Positions 38,136 through 50,031 of a stretch of DNA of 64,000 nucleotides are shown here, one piece after another. The notes beneath the pieces are model-generated. The model saw nothing but the letters and a program-made list of their open reading frames with translations, was not told the DNA's origin and made no database searches. Position 1 is the stretch's first letter. Each line of letters begins with the position of its first letter. Source of the DNA: a virus; the IMG/VR virus record IMGVR_UViG_3300025467_000013, positions 11,638 through 75,637 of that record. One strand, written 5' to 3'. Made by a program: the position numbers and the translations under genes.

Positions 38136-41100
38136 ATGGCAGAATTTAAACTAGGACGATTAAAATTTGTATGGCAAGGTGCATGGGTTACTGGTACCGC
38201 TTACGTTAAAGACGATGTTGTAAGATATGGCGGTAAAACGTATGTGTGTGTAACCGGCCATACTGCAAATGCAAACTTCTATACCGATCTCGGAACTTCT
38301 TATTGGAGTTTAATGGGAGATGGTATTGCATGGGTAGGTACATGGACTGGATCAACATTTTATAAAGTTGGCGACATTGTTAAGAATGGTGGACAATCAT
38401 ATATTTGTACCACTGGCCATACTTCGGTATCAACATTTGCTAGCGATTCATCAAACTGGACTTTAATTTCAGGCGGTTTTGCATGGAGAGGATCGTGGCA
38501 ACAAAGCACATTATATAATGTTAACGATGTTGTAATGTTTGGTGCAGTTACATACATTTGTACTACTGCAAATACCAGTTCGTCGGATTTTGCAACTGAT
38601 CAAAGCAGCAAATGGCAAGTTTTTGTTCAAGGTACACAGTTTATTAATACTTGGAATAATTCCACTGAATATTCTGCAGGTTCTATTGTAACATATGGTG
38701 GTTATTCATATGTTTCAACACAAACCAATACCGGGCAAGTTCCATCGTCTAGCCCATCTTACTGGAACGTATACACAACCGGTTATAGCAATCAAGGAAC
38801 ATTTAGCTACGGCACAACATATAAAGTTGGTAGTGTAGTTCAATATGGCGGTAACACATATGTTGCTATTCTTGATAATACTAACCAATATCCGTCAAAC
38901 GCAACGTATTGGTCAATTGTTGCATATGGTATTAAAGTAAATGGTCCATATGTCGGTGGTACAACTTACAATCTTAATGATGTTGTAACTTATGGCGGTT
39001 CTGCATATAGAGCATTACAAACAAACACTAGCATTGCTCCGTCGGCGCTTTCGCCTAATTGGCAAGTTTTATCTGTAGGTTTAGTAAATCAAGGCGTTTG
39101 GTCAGGTTCAACAAACTATAAATTAAATGACTTAGTACAATACGGTGCAAATATCTATATTGCAATCCAAGACAATGTAGCGCAAACTCCAAGTACTGCT
39201 GCATCTTACTGGTCGGTATTTAATTATGGTTACAATTATCAAGGTACATGGTCTAGTGCAACTAACTACACTATTGGCCAAGTTGTAACATACGGTGGAT
39301 CATTATTCCAAGCAAAATCCGACAACAATAATGTAAACCCAACTACAACTGCAACATGGAATAAATTATCATACGGTGTTAAAAATCGCGGCACATGGAC
39401 AACTTCGACTGCATATAATATTGACGAATTAGTAACACATGGTGCAAACACATATATTTCATTAATTCCACATACTTCGGGTACTTTCTCTTCAGATTTA
39501 TCGACAGCAAAATGGCAATTAATGTCGAGCGGATTGCAATATAGAGGTGTATGGGCAGGATCTACAAGTTATTATGTTAACGATATTGTTCAAGGCCCAA
39601 CAGGATCTGTATATGTTGCATTACTAGATCATACATCGGGTGGTGATTTTCCAACTGATTTAGCAGCAAGCAAATGGACATTATTCATTGCATATAGCTC
39701 TACAACACTTCCTTCATTACCAAGTCCGGCTGTAGGCAAGTCTTTAACTGTTTCAAGTAACGGTTCTACACTTTCTTGGTTAAACACTACAGGATCTGCT
39801 AACGTTCTTTATGTTGGACCAGGCGGCTCCGACGCATCAAATCAAGGAACAAGTTTAGCAACACCGTTTGCTACAATTAAGTACGCATGTTCGGTAGCAA
39901 CATCGGGTAATGTAATTTATGTTAAAAGTGGTACATACTCAGAACAGCTTCCGATCACAGTTCCTGCAGGGGTGTCGATTGTAGGCGATAGTTATAGAAC
40001 AGTTACAGTTCAACCAACAAGTGGACTTAGTGATGATGCTGTGACTCCGAACAACCAAGCAACTATGTGGAAATTAAGCGATGGTACTAATCTTTCAGAA
40101 ATGACCTTTGCAAATATGACCGGTTGGGTTCCAGGAAGTACTACTTCGGATATTTCAACATCTACACCAAAAGGCGTGTATGTTGCATTTAATTCGGCAT
40201 CAGTTATTACTAGACCTCCGAGTGTTTCAAACTGCACTACGAGTTCATCATCTGGTGCAATTGGTGCATACTTAGACGGCTCGTTACATGGGTCGGGGCA
40301 AAAAACAATGGCATTCCGCTATTACAATATTACTTCAGATACTGGTGTAGGGTTCTGGGCTACGAATAATGCAAAATTAGATCTTACAACTTGTACATCT
40401 TCATATTGCTATTTTGGGTTTGCAACATCAGCAGGTGGAACTATTCGATCTGATAACGGTACTGCAAAATGGGGTACTTATGGCGGAACTTCGGTTGGTT
40501 ATTCATCATTAGAAACTGCTGCAACTGGAAATATTGTCGGTCAACAGTTAAACTTTTCTTATAATACCGGTACAATTGCAGTAGGTGATACTGTAACTTC
40601 GATCACTAGCGGCGGTACTGCTACTGTTATTGGGGTCCAAACTGCATATAACAAAGTATTTGTGTCAAGTGTTACTGGATCGTTCTTAACAGGTGATGCG
40701 TTATCATTTACTAGTGGTGGATCTGGTATAGTAACTACAGGTGTTACTAATCAAACAGGTGCAGTATTAGCATTAAACACACTAGCAGCATTACCAACAG
40801 CAGGCGGTGTTGTTACTATCGGAAGTGATAGTTATATTATTCAATCTGTAAGTGGTGCGTATGTTAACTCAGCTAGTGTTATTACTGTATTTTTAACAAG
40901 TGCAGCAACTAACTTATACGCAAATGCAGCAGCAGTAACTATTCGTTATCAAACATCACAGACTCGTTTATCAGGTCATGATTTCTATAATGTTGGCACC
41001 GGCGGTGTAACTAATACAAATTATCCAGGTACGCCATTATCTGGACCGTTCTCTGCACAAGAAATACAACAAATTCTACCCGGTAGAGTATATTATAGTG

Positions 41101-42527
41101 CATCTAGCCAAGACGGTCGTTTTGCAGTTGGTAATTACTTAACAATCAACCAATCAACTGGTACTGCTACACTTAATCCAGCTGCATTTACTGTAACTGG
41201 TAATTCAGCATTAACACTTGGTGCAATTGGTACGTTGACCGGTGCTACAATTAATAAGTTCTCAACAGACGGAACATTAATTAATAACAGTAATACTAGT
41301 GTACCGACAGAAAATGCCGTTAAGACTTATGTTGATAATGCACGTACACAAGCATTAGAACCAACCGGCTTTAATCTTAACAACCTTAACAGCATCGGTA
41401 TTATTGAAATTTCTAACGACGGTGTTAACATTGTTAAAATCGATCAAAATGGCGCAGTAACTACTAGAGCTGATAGTACATTTGGTACAGGAACTGTTTA
41501 TTCGAGAGCAGCAAGTGCTAGAACTATTGCAATATATCCAGTAAGCGGACAAACATCAGTTAGTGTATGGATAAGTGGAATTCAATACACCTACACAAAG
41601 ATGCAAACTACAACATATTCAAGTTTAAGCAATCTTAACTATGCATTCTTCAACGCTAGCGGTATTGTTGTGTATACATCGGGAACAGTAACTGATACTA
41701 TTTTCCAAACATTTGCACAATTATTAACATTTACAGGTACTGATAGTACTAATACATTTGCTATAACTTCTGCTAAGAGATGTGGTATTAACATGCCGGG
41801 ACAAGTACAAAATTACTTGTCAAATAGTGTTGGCGCCGCGTATAAAACAGGATTAGGTGTTACTGGTGTTGTTGCAAGTGCTACAGCATATACTAATACT
41901 GTGGCAGGTACTACACAAGTTCAAGATTTAACACACACATTTGCATCATTATCGACAAACTATTGGTTATATAACGTCGGCGGTGTGTGGACAGTATCAG
42001 GAAGTGCAGATAATAATTTCAGTTATTTGTCTACCGGTACTGCACAATATAACGGTTCTGGTGCATTAACTACACTTTCATCAGGACAATATACAGTTAC
42101 ATACTTCATTGCTACTAGTGATAAGGTACGCGGTGGTGTTATGAAACTTGTAGGACAAAGAGTGTTCACAACATTAGCGGCTGCAAGACAGTCTGCACAA
42201 TCTGAACCGAGAGATACAAGTCTTGTTGGTCTACCATTCCAAGATTTTGTATGGATCGGTGCAGTAGTTGTTAACTCAACAGGCGCTGTACAAACATTAG
42301 ATAACGGATTAACTTATATTGATTTACGTTACCAAATTATTAGTGCAGGAACTAACGCATTAGGTAACTATCTAGTTAATGCATCGGCAGCAGATTTATA
42401 TTATAACAACTCAGCATTTCCAAGTGCAGGCACAAATGTACAGTCTGCAATTGATACTGCCGCAGCAAGTTTATCAAGAGCTAGAACAATTTTATCACTA
42501 AATACATTATGGACAAATGCCTGGTAA
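38136..42527 (+). CDS. Tail fibre/spike with 10 N-terminal Trp/Tyr carbohydrate-binding-like repeats and a pectin-lyase-like beta-helix
   Basis: Ten G.W...T.Y...D.V.YGG..Y repeats (CBM5/12-like), then VLYVGPGGSD...PFATIKYA...IYVKSGTYSE, typical of the start of a beta-helix. Confidence 0.7.
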   Translation: MAEFKLGRLKFVWQGAWVTGTAYVKDDVVRYGGKTYVCVTGHTANANFYTDLGTSYWSLMGDGIAWVGTWTGSTFYKVGDIVKNGGQSYICTTGHTSVSTFASDSSNWTLISGGFAWRGSWQQSTLYNVNDVVMFGAVTYICTTANTSSSDFATDQSSKWQVFVQGTQFINTWNNSTEYSAGSIVTYGGYSYVSTQTNTGQVPSSSPSYWNVYTTGYSNQGTFSYGTTYKVGSVVQYGGNTYVAILDNTNQYPSNATYWSIVAYGIKVNGPYVGGTTYNLNDVVTYGGSAYRALQTNTSIAPSALSPNWQVLSVGLVNQGVWSGSTNYKLNDLVQYGANIYIAIQDNVAQTPSTAASYWSVFNYGYNYQGTWSSATNYTIGQVVTYGGSLFQAKSDNNNVNPTTTATWNKLSYGVKNRGTWTTSTAYNIDELVTHGANTYISLIPHTSGTFSSDLSTAKWQLMSSGLQYRGVWAGSTSYYVNDIVQGPTGSVYVALLDHTSGGDFPTDLAASKWTLFIAYSSTTLPSLPSPAVGKSLTVSSNGSTLSWLNTTGSANVLYVGPGGSDASNQGTSLATPFATIKYACSVATSGNVIYVKSGTYSEQLPITVPAGVSIVGDSYRTVTVQPTSGLSDDAVTPNNQATMWKLSDGTNLSEMTFANMTGWVPGSTTSDISTSTPKGVYVAFNSASVITRPPSVSNCTTSSSSGAIGAYLDGSLHGSGQKTMAFRYYNITSDTGVGFWATNNAKLDLTTCTSSYCYFGFATSAGGTIRSDNGTAKWGTYGGTSVGYSSLETAATGNIVGQQLNFSYNTGTIAVGDTVTSITSGGTATVIGVQTAYNKVFVSSVTGSFLTGDALSFTSGGSGIVTTGVTNQTGAVLALNTLAALPTAGGVVTIGSDSYIIQSVSGAYVNSASVITVFLTSAATNLYANAAAVTIRYQTSQTRLSGHDFYNVGTGGVTNTNYPGTPLSGPFSAQEIQQILPGRVYYSASSQDGRFAVGNYLTINQSTGTATLNPAAFTVTGNSALTLGAIGTLTGATINKFSTDGTLINNSNTSVPTENAVKTYVDNARTQALEPTGFNLNNLNSIGIIEISNDGVNIVKIDQNGAVTTRADSTFGTGTVYSRAASARTIAIYPVSGQTSVSVWISGIQYTYTKMQTTTYSSLSNLNYAFFNASGIVVYTSGTVTDTIFQTFAQLLTFTGTDSTNTFAITSAKRCGINMPGQVQNYLSNSVGAAYKTGLGVTGVVASATAYTNTVAGTTQVQDLTHTFASLSTNYWLYNVGGVWTVSGSADNNFSYLSTGTAQYNGSGALTTLSSGQYTVTYFIATSDKVRGGVMKLVGQRVFTTLAAARQSAQSEPRDTSLVGLPFQDFVWIGAVVVNSTGAVQTLDNGLTYIDLRYQIISAGTNALGNYLVNASAADLYYNNSAFPSAGTNVQSAIDTAAASLSRARTILSLNTLWTNAW

Positions 42528-42558
42528 TAAGGCGAAAAGGATATTAGGAGTACAATAA

Positions 42559-45500
42559 ATGACAACCGCAGCAAAATACGGCGCACAAGACTTAAATGGT
42601 AATCCGTTCAATTACCAACAGTTAGTTCCGCTACCAAGTACTAATCCAGGTACTACAAACACCGTAGTTAATACTACTTTTACTAACAGAGCAGCATATG
42701 ACGCAAGGGTAAGAATGGCATTGACCAACACCCCAATCGGCTCACAAGTAGTTTCAAACGTTCACGGGACACAGTCGTTTACAGCACAACAAAGTGCAGC
42801 ATCGACATTAGTTGAAACACAGCAGGTATTAACAATTGATACTGCATCAGCAACAACAAATGCGTTTACAACCGCATCATATATTGTTACTGCAACCACT
42901 GAAAACACAAACCTTATTACTGTTTCAAGCACAACTACTTTTGCAGTCGGACAGCCGGTTGTATTCAGTGCATCAGCAGGTAACTTAACAGCTGGTACAG
43001 TTTATTATATCCTAACTATTAACAGTTCAACAACATTTACAGTTTCACCAATCTGGAACGGACCTGTACAATTGTTAACAACTAGTGCATTCCCAATGAT
43101 TGTACAACAAACTGTTAGTAACCTTTCAGTCGGTATACCAATTAACTTCCACGGTGCAACATTTGGTTATGCATTCTACAACATGAACTTTTATGTTGCA
43201 AGTTTACCGGGCGGTGCAAGCGGTACTACATTTACTATTAGTGCATATCCAGGCGGTCCAACTATTCCGCTAGCTTCTGCAATTGGTACAATGTCAGCTG
43301 TTCCTGTAGTTACTCCTGTTGCTAATCCTGCTACTGCACAGTATCCAACAGCAATGGCATCGGCACTTGCACTTGGTACAACAGCACAAGCAGGGTACTA
43401 CAACACATTACAAGGTGTTACTGTTACTGCATCAACTGCAACTACTAATATCTTAACTACTGCATCATTTGCAATTACTGCAACTACTGCAACCACTGGA
43501 TTATCAGGTTTTGCATATGTTACTACTTCAGGTTCTACTAACTTATTAACCGTTGGTCAGCCAGTTGTATTCAACGCAGCAATTTCAGGTTCTGCGGTTT
43601 ATGCTGGTATTACATACTATATTCATTCGATTATTTCGTCTACAACATTTAGTATTTCAACCTCATTTAATGGTACACCAATTTCATTAGGTACAAACGG
43701 TTCTGTATCTGGCGTTACTATGTACCTAGCAACAACTTACTTGCAAACAAACCAACAGGTAATTTTCACCGGTACAACTTTCGGTAATATCATTCCTAAT
43801 ATTCCGTATTACATCGCAACTGTACCGTCAACAAATACATTTACTGTTTCAACAGCACCAAGTGGCCCGATTGCAACATTAGCTACTACTACAGGTACTA
43901 TGGTTGTATCGGCATTTGTACCTCCAACTGTTCCACAATTAGTTGTAGGTAGTTCACAAGCAGGTGTAACAATCAGTGTAACTGGATCAACAACCAGCGT
44001 AATCAACTGCGTAAGCACAACTGGATTGGCTGCTAACCAACCGATTGTATTCAGTGCTAGCTTCGGTGGACTTACTTTAGGTACAACTTATTATGTTGTT
44101 TCGGGGTTTACTTCGAATACATTCCAAGTAAGTTCAACGGTAGGCGGTTCTGCGATCACGTTAATTGCAAGCACAGGTACATTAAATGCTCAAGCATTAC
44201 CGTACTTTAATACATATGCGACTACTGTAACTGCAACAACAGTAAGCACTAACTTAATTACTGTTACAAATACTTCGAACTTTGTTCCAGGACAACCAGT
44301 TGTATTCAGTGGTGCAATTGGCGGACTTTCTGCTAACACCGTTTACTATGTTTTAAACGTTTATAGCACTACCCAGATAGTTGTTTCTGCAACACAAGGT
44401 GGCGTTGCGTTCCCATTAATTACTGCAACTGGTTCTGTAACTATGTCGCAAGCAACTACAGGATTAGCAGTTAACCAACCATTCCAGATCAGCAGCGTAA
44501 TTATTCAGGTAACTGCAACATCAACATCAGGAAACCTTGTAACTTGTAATAATACAGTTAACCTTGTTGCTAACCAACCGATTATATTCAGCGGTGCAAT
44601 GGGTAACATTGTTGCAAATACTGTTTATTATGTTTCAACAATTGCAAGTAACACAACATTTACAATCAGCCAAACACAAGGCGGCGGTGTATTTGGACAA
44701 GCAAATGGTTCGGGTTCAATCGTTGGACAGCAAGCACCATTTGGCGGTGTTGTTCCTGGACAGGTTTACTACGTTTACAATGTAACATCACTTACATCGT
44801 TTGCAATTTCAAGCATTCATGGTGCACCAAGTGCATTAGCACTAACAACTGTTGCAGCAGGTGCACAACTTGCAGGATTCCAGTCAATTGTTCCTACAGT
44901 TTCATTAGGTACTTCAACAGCAACTGGTTCAATTTATGCTCTAAACAATACGTATACTACATCGACTGTTACTGCATCAAGCAACACAACTACAGATATT
45001 ACACTTAGCTCTGTTGCAACTTTTGCAGTCGGACAACCGATTACATTCTTGTTTAACAGCGGTGCAAATGCAACTACAAACAACATTTTCAGTTTTGTTA
45101 GCGTAACTGGTACTACAACTGGTACTAATACTATTAGTATTTCAGGTAACACAACCGGACTTGCTATTGGACAAGCGATTGTTTTTAACGGCACATTAGG
45201 TGGACTTACATACGGTACTGTTTATTATATTGCAAGTATTCCAAGTACTTCAACATTTACAGTTTCATTAGTTCCATACGGTACAGCAGTTTCTTTAAAT
45301 ACTGCAAGCGGTACTATTACTGGTTACTTAACATATTATATCACTTATGTTAATGTCGGTGCAACAACAATCCAGATTTCACCAACATTTAACGGTCCAA
45401 CTTATGCATTATCAGCAGGTTCGATTGTTTCAAATAGCACAGTACAACATGCAACCACTAACTTAAATCCAGGACAACCGATTCTCGTAACTGGTACAGC

Positions 45501-48500
45501 GTTCGGTGGTACTACAACTAACACAACTTACTATGTAAGAACTGTTCCAACTCAATCGCAGTTTACTATTTCAACTTCGCCGTTTGGACAGATCTTTACT
45601 TTAAGTAGCACATCCGGTGCAATGCCAACCTTAATTGGCCCAAGACCAGTGTTAACAATCTTGCAGTCTACTAGTTCAAACCAAATGCAGACACAGACTT
45701 ATGCGGTTACAGCAACTACTGCTACAACCAACTTAATTACTGTTAATAATACATTTGGATTCACAGTTGGTATGCCGGTTGTATTCAGTGGTGCATTAGG
45801 TAACTTAGTTTCAGGTATGATTTACTATGTTTCATCTATTCCGACTGCAACAGTATTCGCAGTTTCTCCAACATTAGGCGGACAGAACTATGCACTTGCT
45901 ACAGCAACTGGATCAGTGAACGCACAGCAAGCAACTGCAAACTTGTATCTAAACCAACCGATCCAGTTCCAAGGTTCAACAAGCATTGGTTCACCTTATA
46001 CCGGTGTTACTTCTGGTACAACATACTACATTAGAAGTATTGATTCGGCTGTATTGTTTACTATTTCGTCAGCATTAAGCGTTCCGGGTACTACATCAAC
46101 CGCTGCTACATTAACTGGTGGTGGTCAGATTATTGCTAACCCGATCGTTAATAACATTGTTGACGCATTTGCTTATTACACACCGTTGATTACTGTAAGT
46201 GCTACATCTGCAACTAGCCCAACATACTATTTGACTGTATCTAGCACAGCAAACTTAGCAGTAGGACAACCGATTGTATTCACTGGTATTTCATTACTTG
46301 GTGGCGTTAGTGCAAATACTGTTTACTATGTTAATGCAATTGCAAGTACCACACAGTTTAATATTTCAACAACATATGGCGGACCGATTGTTGCATTAAC
46401 TTCTGGTTCAGGTACAATGTATGTTCAACAATCAACATCAGCATACTCGCTCAACCAAACAGTTATTTTAAACTCGCCAACTGTTATCGTAACTAGCACA
46501 GCAGCTACTTCTAACATTATTACTTGCAACAGCACAACAAACTTAATTGCTGGACAGCCGATTGTATTTGGTAACATGACTTATCCGACAAGTAACATTG
46601 GTAACATTGTTGCTGGTACAGTTTACTATGTACTAACCGTGTTAAGTACGACTACATTTACAATTTCTGCAACACCAGGCGGTAGCCAGTTTGCATTAAC
46701 TAGCACAACTACACAGTTTGCAGCACAGCAAGGTATCTTTGGACAGCAATACGGTGTTAACGGACAGAACTATGTTGTTCAAAACACACCAAATGCTACT
46801 TCATTAGTTCTTGCAAGAGCAGGTGCAAGCATTAGTCCAGCTGGTTTAGGATTGTTCCCAATGCCAACAGTTGCACCGATTCAGGTAACTGCTACAGCAG
46901 GTTCTGGTTCTTATGCAATTACTGTTCCAAGTACTGCACAATTAACTGTTAACCAACCAGTTATCTTTATTGGTACAGCAATTGGTGGTCTTACTGCTAC
47001 TGTTAACCAACTTATTAACCCGACTGTTTACTATGTAAGTTCGATCTTAACTAGTACAACATTTAACGTTTCTAGTTCATTAGGCGGCGGTGTTCAGGTC
47101 TTATCAGGCGCAACAGCAAACACAATGGCTGTACTTCCATTAAGTGCAACAGGTATTGCAACTGCATATTCGTTCAACTCAACACCGGCACTTACAATCG
47201 GTGCAACTACTACAAGTACTAACGTAATAACTACACTTGGTTACAGCGTAAGTGGTAATAGTGCAACTACTGCTAACTTGTTAACTGCAAGCTCAACTGT
47301 AATATTTGTAGTTGGTCAAGCAGTAACATTTAGTGCTGCGTTCTGCGGACTTAACACAGGTGTTACTTACTACGTTGCATCAGTACAGTCAAGTACAACA
47401 TTTACAGTATCAGCATTTTGGGGCGGTCCAGACGTTATCTTAAGTGGTAGCGGTAGTGCAACAATGAGTGAAACAACAACATTCTTACAGCTCAATCAAC
47501 CTGTAACATTTGTTGCTGCATCATATATTGGTGGGTTAACTGCTGGTTCAAACTACGGTGTAACTTATTATGTTACTAATATTGGTAGTTCGACTACATT
47601 TATTGTTAGTACAGTACCGGGTGCATCAGGTAACCAATTAGCATTAACAACTACATCGGGCCAGATGACTGCACAGGTTGGTTGCTACAGAGCATTAAGT
47701 TTCAACTCAACAAATAACGGTACCTCGGTTCTTCAAACACAAACATTTGCTGTATCTGCTACTGCTGCGGTTAACGGTACTATGTTAGTTACTGCAACTA
47801 ATACGTTCGCTATGTATCCAGGTATGGCAATAGCATTTAGTGGTTCACTAGGCTTCTTAGCTGCGAACACTATCTACTATGTGTTATTTGTTTACGATGA
47901 AAAGAGATTTGCAGTTACTACAGCACCGGTTAACTCATTAGGTATTGCAACTAACGGCACAACTGTTCTACAGACTCTTAATGGTGCATTGTTAACACAT
48001 CAAACAACTACTGGTTCGATTACAGTTACACAAAGTCCGGCAAGATTACAGCAGAACCAAGCAGTTGTGTTCTATAGCACAATCGGTGGTGCTGTACTCG
48101 GTGGTGTTACACAAGGTACAATTTACTATGTACAGGCTGTTAACCCAGTATCTGGTACAATTGCTATTTCAACTACACCAGGTGGTTCGGCATTTACATT
48201 ATCGGCAGTTAACAATACTGGTACAACACAGTCGATGATGATGGTTCCGTTAACAACATGGGCTCCTGTAACTAACGTATTGATTACACAACCAATGCCA
48301 ATTTACAGCGGTACTAACTCATCGAATGTATTAACTACTGGAAATATTGCACTTGTAACTAACACATCATATGGTACTAACTATATTACATGTCTTACTA
48401 CATCAGCATTAGCAGTAGGTATGCCGATTGTATTCGGTAGTGCAATTGGTTCGTTAGCATCGGGTGTTACTTATTATGTTGCACAGATTATTAATGCAAC

Positions 48501-50022
48501 ACAGTTTACAGTATCATTAGTATGGGGCGGCCAGGTTGCAATCCTAACACAAGGTACTGGTGCTATTACTGTTCAGCAATCAACTGCATTGATGTCAATT
48601 GGTCAACCAGTGTTTATTTCAGGTACTGCGTTTGTTCCAACATCAGCAAACAGTGTTGGATCATACACCACATACTATGTTGCTACAATTCCGAGCGTAA
48701 CAACATTTACATTAGCAACATCTTTAGCGAACGCAATTGCAGGTACAGCGATTACACTTGGTACAACAACATACGGTTATATGACATTAACTGCGTCAAA
48801 CGCAAATGCATTAACTAATATGTCGAACGTAATTGGTCCTTCATTACCATTTGCATTCACAGGTGCGCAGATTAACATCACCGCAATTACTGGTAGCAAC
48901 TTATATACTCCAAACGGTACAGCATTGCTAAGTGCTAACCAAGCAGTAGTATTCACAGGTTACGGATATACTAACCAAACAAGCGGTACTATCCAACCTG
49001 GTACAACATACTACATTAAGGCAGTATTAGATAATAACACATTCACTTTAAGTTCAACTCCAAGTGGTGCTACATTATCGTGGGTTACTGAAACTAACGT
49101 GTTAACTATGCAGTTAGTAAGTTCATTAGGTTCATCATTAACACCTTACTCGACTTACTTTGTATTAGCAACACCTACACCAAACACCTTCCAGATTGCA
49201 ACAACGACTGCAACTGTAAGTGGTTTAACATTAACAGTGCCGACTCCAGTTACACAAGCAGCTGGTAATACACTTGTTAAGATTGATAGTAACATTATTA
49301 CACTTGCACAAGCACAGGGTGCTACTAATACATTCTTTGTTCCAAATACTCCTGTAACATTCACAGCAGTAAGCGGTACAACATTTGGTGTTAGTGCAAC
49401 AGCAGCGGCAGGTACATACAACGGTGCTCCAACATATGGTACTCCGTTCATTGTAACAGCAGTTGCTACAAACGGTAACATTACAATCAACACTAGTGCA
49501 ACAAACTTACTAGTAGTAGGTCAACCGATTATGTTTACTAACCCATTATCACCATTGACTACTACAAGTGGTTTAGTACCATTCCAGACATATTATGTGT
49601 TAACTGTTTCTAGTACAACTATTACAGTGGCGTCAAGTTGGCCAAGTGCTACCGCAGTGACATTTGCTGCTGCATGGTCATCACAAACAACAGTTGGTGG
49701 TTTCTACGCTGTACCAATGTACTATGTTAAGGCAGTACTCGATAGCAGAAGACTTATGCTTTCGGCTACATTAAACGGTGCTACATGGCCTATTACAAAT
49801 GCATCAGGTACTGTTCCAGGTAACTATACCGCTGGTACAAACATTATGGTAATTAACTCACAACCATCGTTCACTGACTTCATTGAACATGATGTTACAT
49901 TATCACCAAATGGTACATTTGAAAGAACTGGTATATTAGTTCCGCCAAACACTTACTTGTATGTTTCTAGTAACCAATCACAAGTTAGTGCAGTAGCAAC
50001 AGGTATTCAAGAAGCAGTATAA
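42559..50022 (+). CDS. Giant (2487 aa) Thr/Ser/Ala-rich virion protein with ~27 repeated beta-domains
   Basis: Repeated L.VGQP.VF.G..GGL...T.YYV......TF.VS.T.GG motif (27 YY[VI]-type cores counted by eye). Confidence 0.75.
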   Translation: MTTAAKYGAQDLNGNPFNYQQLVPLPSTNPGTTNTVVNTTFTNRAAYDARVRMALTNTPIGSQVVSNVHGTQSFTAQQSAASTLVETQQVLTIDTASATTNAFTTASYIVTATTENTNLITVSSTTTFAVGQPVVFSASAGNLTAGTVYYILTINSSTTFTVSPIWNGPVQLLTTSAFPMIVQQTVSNLSVGIPINFHGATFGYAFYNMNFYVASLPGGASGTTFTISAYPGGPTIPLASAIGTMSAVPVVTPVANPATAQYPTAMASALALGTTAQAGYYNTLQGVTVTASTATTNILTTASFAITATTATTGLSGFAYVTTSGSTNLLTVGQPVVFNAAISGSAVYAGITYYIHSIISSTTFSISTSFNGTPISLGTNGSVSGVTMYLATTYLQTNQQVIFTGTTFGNIIPNIPYYIATVPSTNTFTVSTAPSGPIATLATTTGTMVVSAFVPPTVPQLVVGSSQAGVTISVTGSTTSVINCVSTTGLAANQPIVFSASFGGLTLGTTYYVVSGFTSNTFQVSSTVGGSAITLIASTGTLNAQALPYFNTYATTVTATTVSTNLITVTNTSNFVPGQPVVFSGAIGGLSANTVYYVLNVYSTTQIVVSATQGGVAFPLITATGSVTMSQATTGLAVNQPFQISSVIIQVTATSTSGNLVTCNNTVNLVANQPIIFSGAMGNIVANTVYYVSTIASNTTFTISQTQGGGVFGQANGSGSIVGQQAPFGGVVPGQVYYVYNVTSLTSFAISSIHGAPSALALTTVAAGAQLAGFQSIVPTVSLGTSTATGSIYALNNTYTTSTVTASSNTTTDITLSSVATFAVGQPITFLFNSGANATTNNIFSFVSVTGTTTGTNTISISGNTTGLAIGQAIVFNGTLGGLTYGTVYYIASIPSTSTFTVSLVPYGTAVSLNTASGTITGYLTYYITYVNVGATTIQISPTFNGPTYALSAGSIVSNSTVQHATTNLNPGQPILVTGTAFGGTTTNTTYYVRTVPTQSQFTISTSPFGQIFTLSSTSGAMPTLIGPRPVLTILQSTSSNQMQTQTYAVTATTATTNLITVNNTFGFTVGMPVVFSGALGNLVSGMIYYVSSIPTATVFAVSPTLGGQNYALATATGSVNAQQATANLYLNQPIQFQGSTSIGSPYTGVTSGTTYYIRSIDSAVLFTISSALSVPGTTSTAATLTGGGQIIANPIVNNIVDAFAYYTPLITVSATSATSPTYYLTVSSTANLAVGQPIVFTGISLLGGVSANTVYYVNAIASTTQFNISTTYGGPIVALTSGSGTMYVQQSTSAYSLNQTVILNSPTVIVTSTAATSNIITCNSTTNLIAGQPIVFGNMTYPTSNIGNIVAGTVYYVLTVLSTTTFTISATPGGSQFALTSTTTQFAAQQGIFGQQYGVNGQNYVVQNTPNATSLVLARAGASISPAGLGLFPMPTVAPIQVTATAGSGSYAITVPSTAQLTVNQPVIFIGTAIGGLTATVNQLINPTVYYVSSILTSTTFNVSSSLGGGVQVLSGATANTMAVLPLSATGIATAYSFNSTPALTIGATTTSTNVITTLGYSVSGNSATTANLLTASSTVIFVVGQAVTFSAAFCGLNTGVTYYVASVQSSTTFTVSAFWGGPDVILSGSGSATMSETTTFLQLNQPVTFVAASYIGGLTAGSNYGVTYYVTNIGSSTTFIVSTVPGASGNQLALTTTSGQMTAQVGCYRALSFNSTNNGTSVLQTQTFAVSATAAVNGTMLVTATNTFAMYPGMAIAFSGSLGFLAANTIYYVLFVYDEKRFAVTTAPVNSLGIATNGTTVLQTLNGALLTHQTTTGSITVTQSPARLQQNQAVVFYSTIGGAVLGGVTQGTIYYVQAVNPVSGTIAISTTPGGSAFTLSAVNNTGTTQSMMMVPLTTWAPVTNVLITQPMPIYSGTNSSNVLTTGNIALVTNTSYGTNYITCLTTSALAVGMPIVFGSAIGSLASGVTYYVAQIINATQFTVSLVWGGQVAILTQGTGAITVQQSTALMSIGQPVFISGTAFVPTSANSVGSYTTYYVATIPSVTTFTLATSLANAIAGTAITLGTTTYGYMTLTASNANALTNMSNVIGPSLPFAFTGAQINITAITGSNLYTPNGTALLSANQAVVFTGYGYTNQTSGTIQPGTTYYIKAVLDNNTFTLSSTPSGATLSWVTETNVLTMQLVSSLGSSLTPYSTYFVLATPTPNTFQIATTTATVSGLTLTVPTPVTQAAGNTLVKIDSNIITLAQAQGATNTFFVPNTPVTFTAVSGTTFGVSATAAAGTYNGAPTYGTPFIVTAVATNGNITINTSATNLLVVGQPIMFTNPLSPLTTTSGLVPFQTYYVLTVSSTTITVASSWPSATAVTFAAAWSSQTTVGGFYAVPMYYVKAVLDSRRLMLSATLNGATWPITNASGTVPGNYTAGTNIMVINSQPSFTDFIEHDVTLSPNGTFERTGILVPPNTYLYVSSNQSQVSAVATGIQEAV

Positions 50023-50031
50023 TAAATTAGA

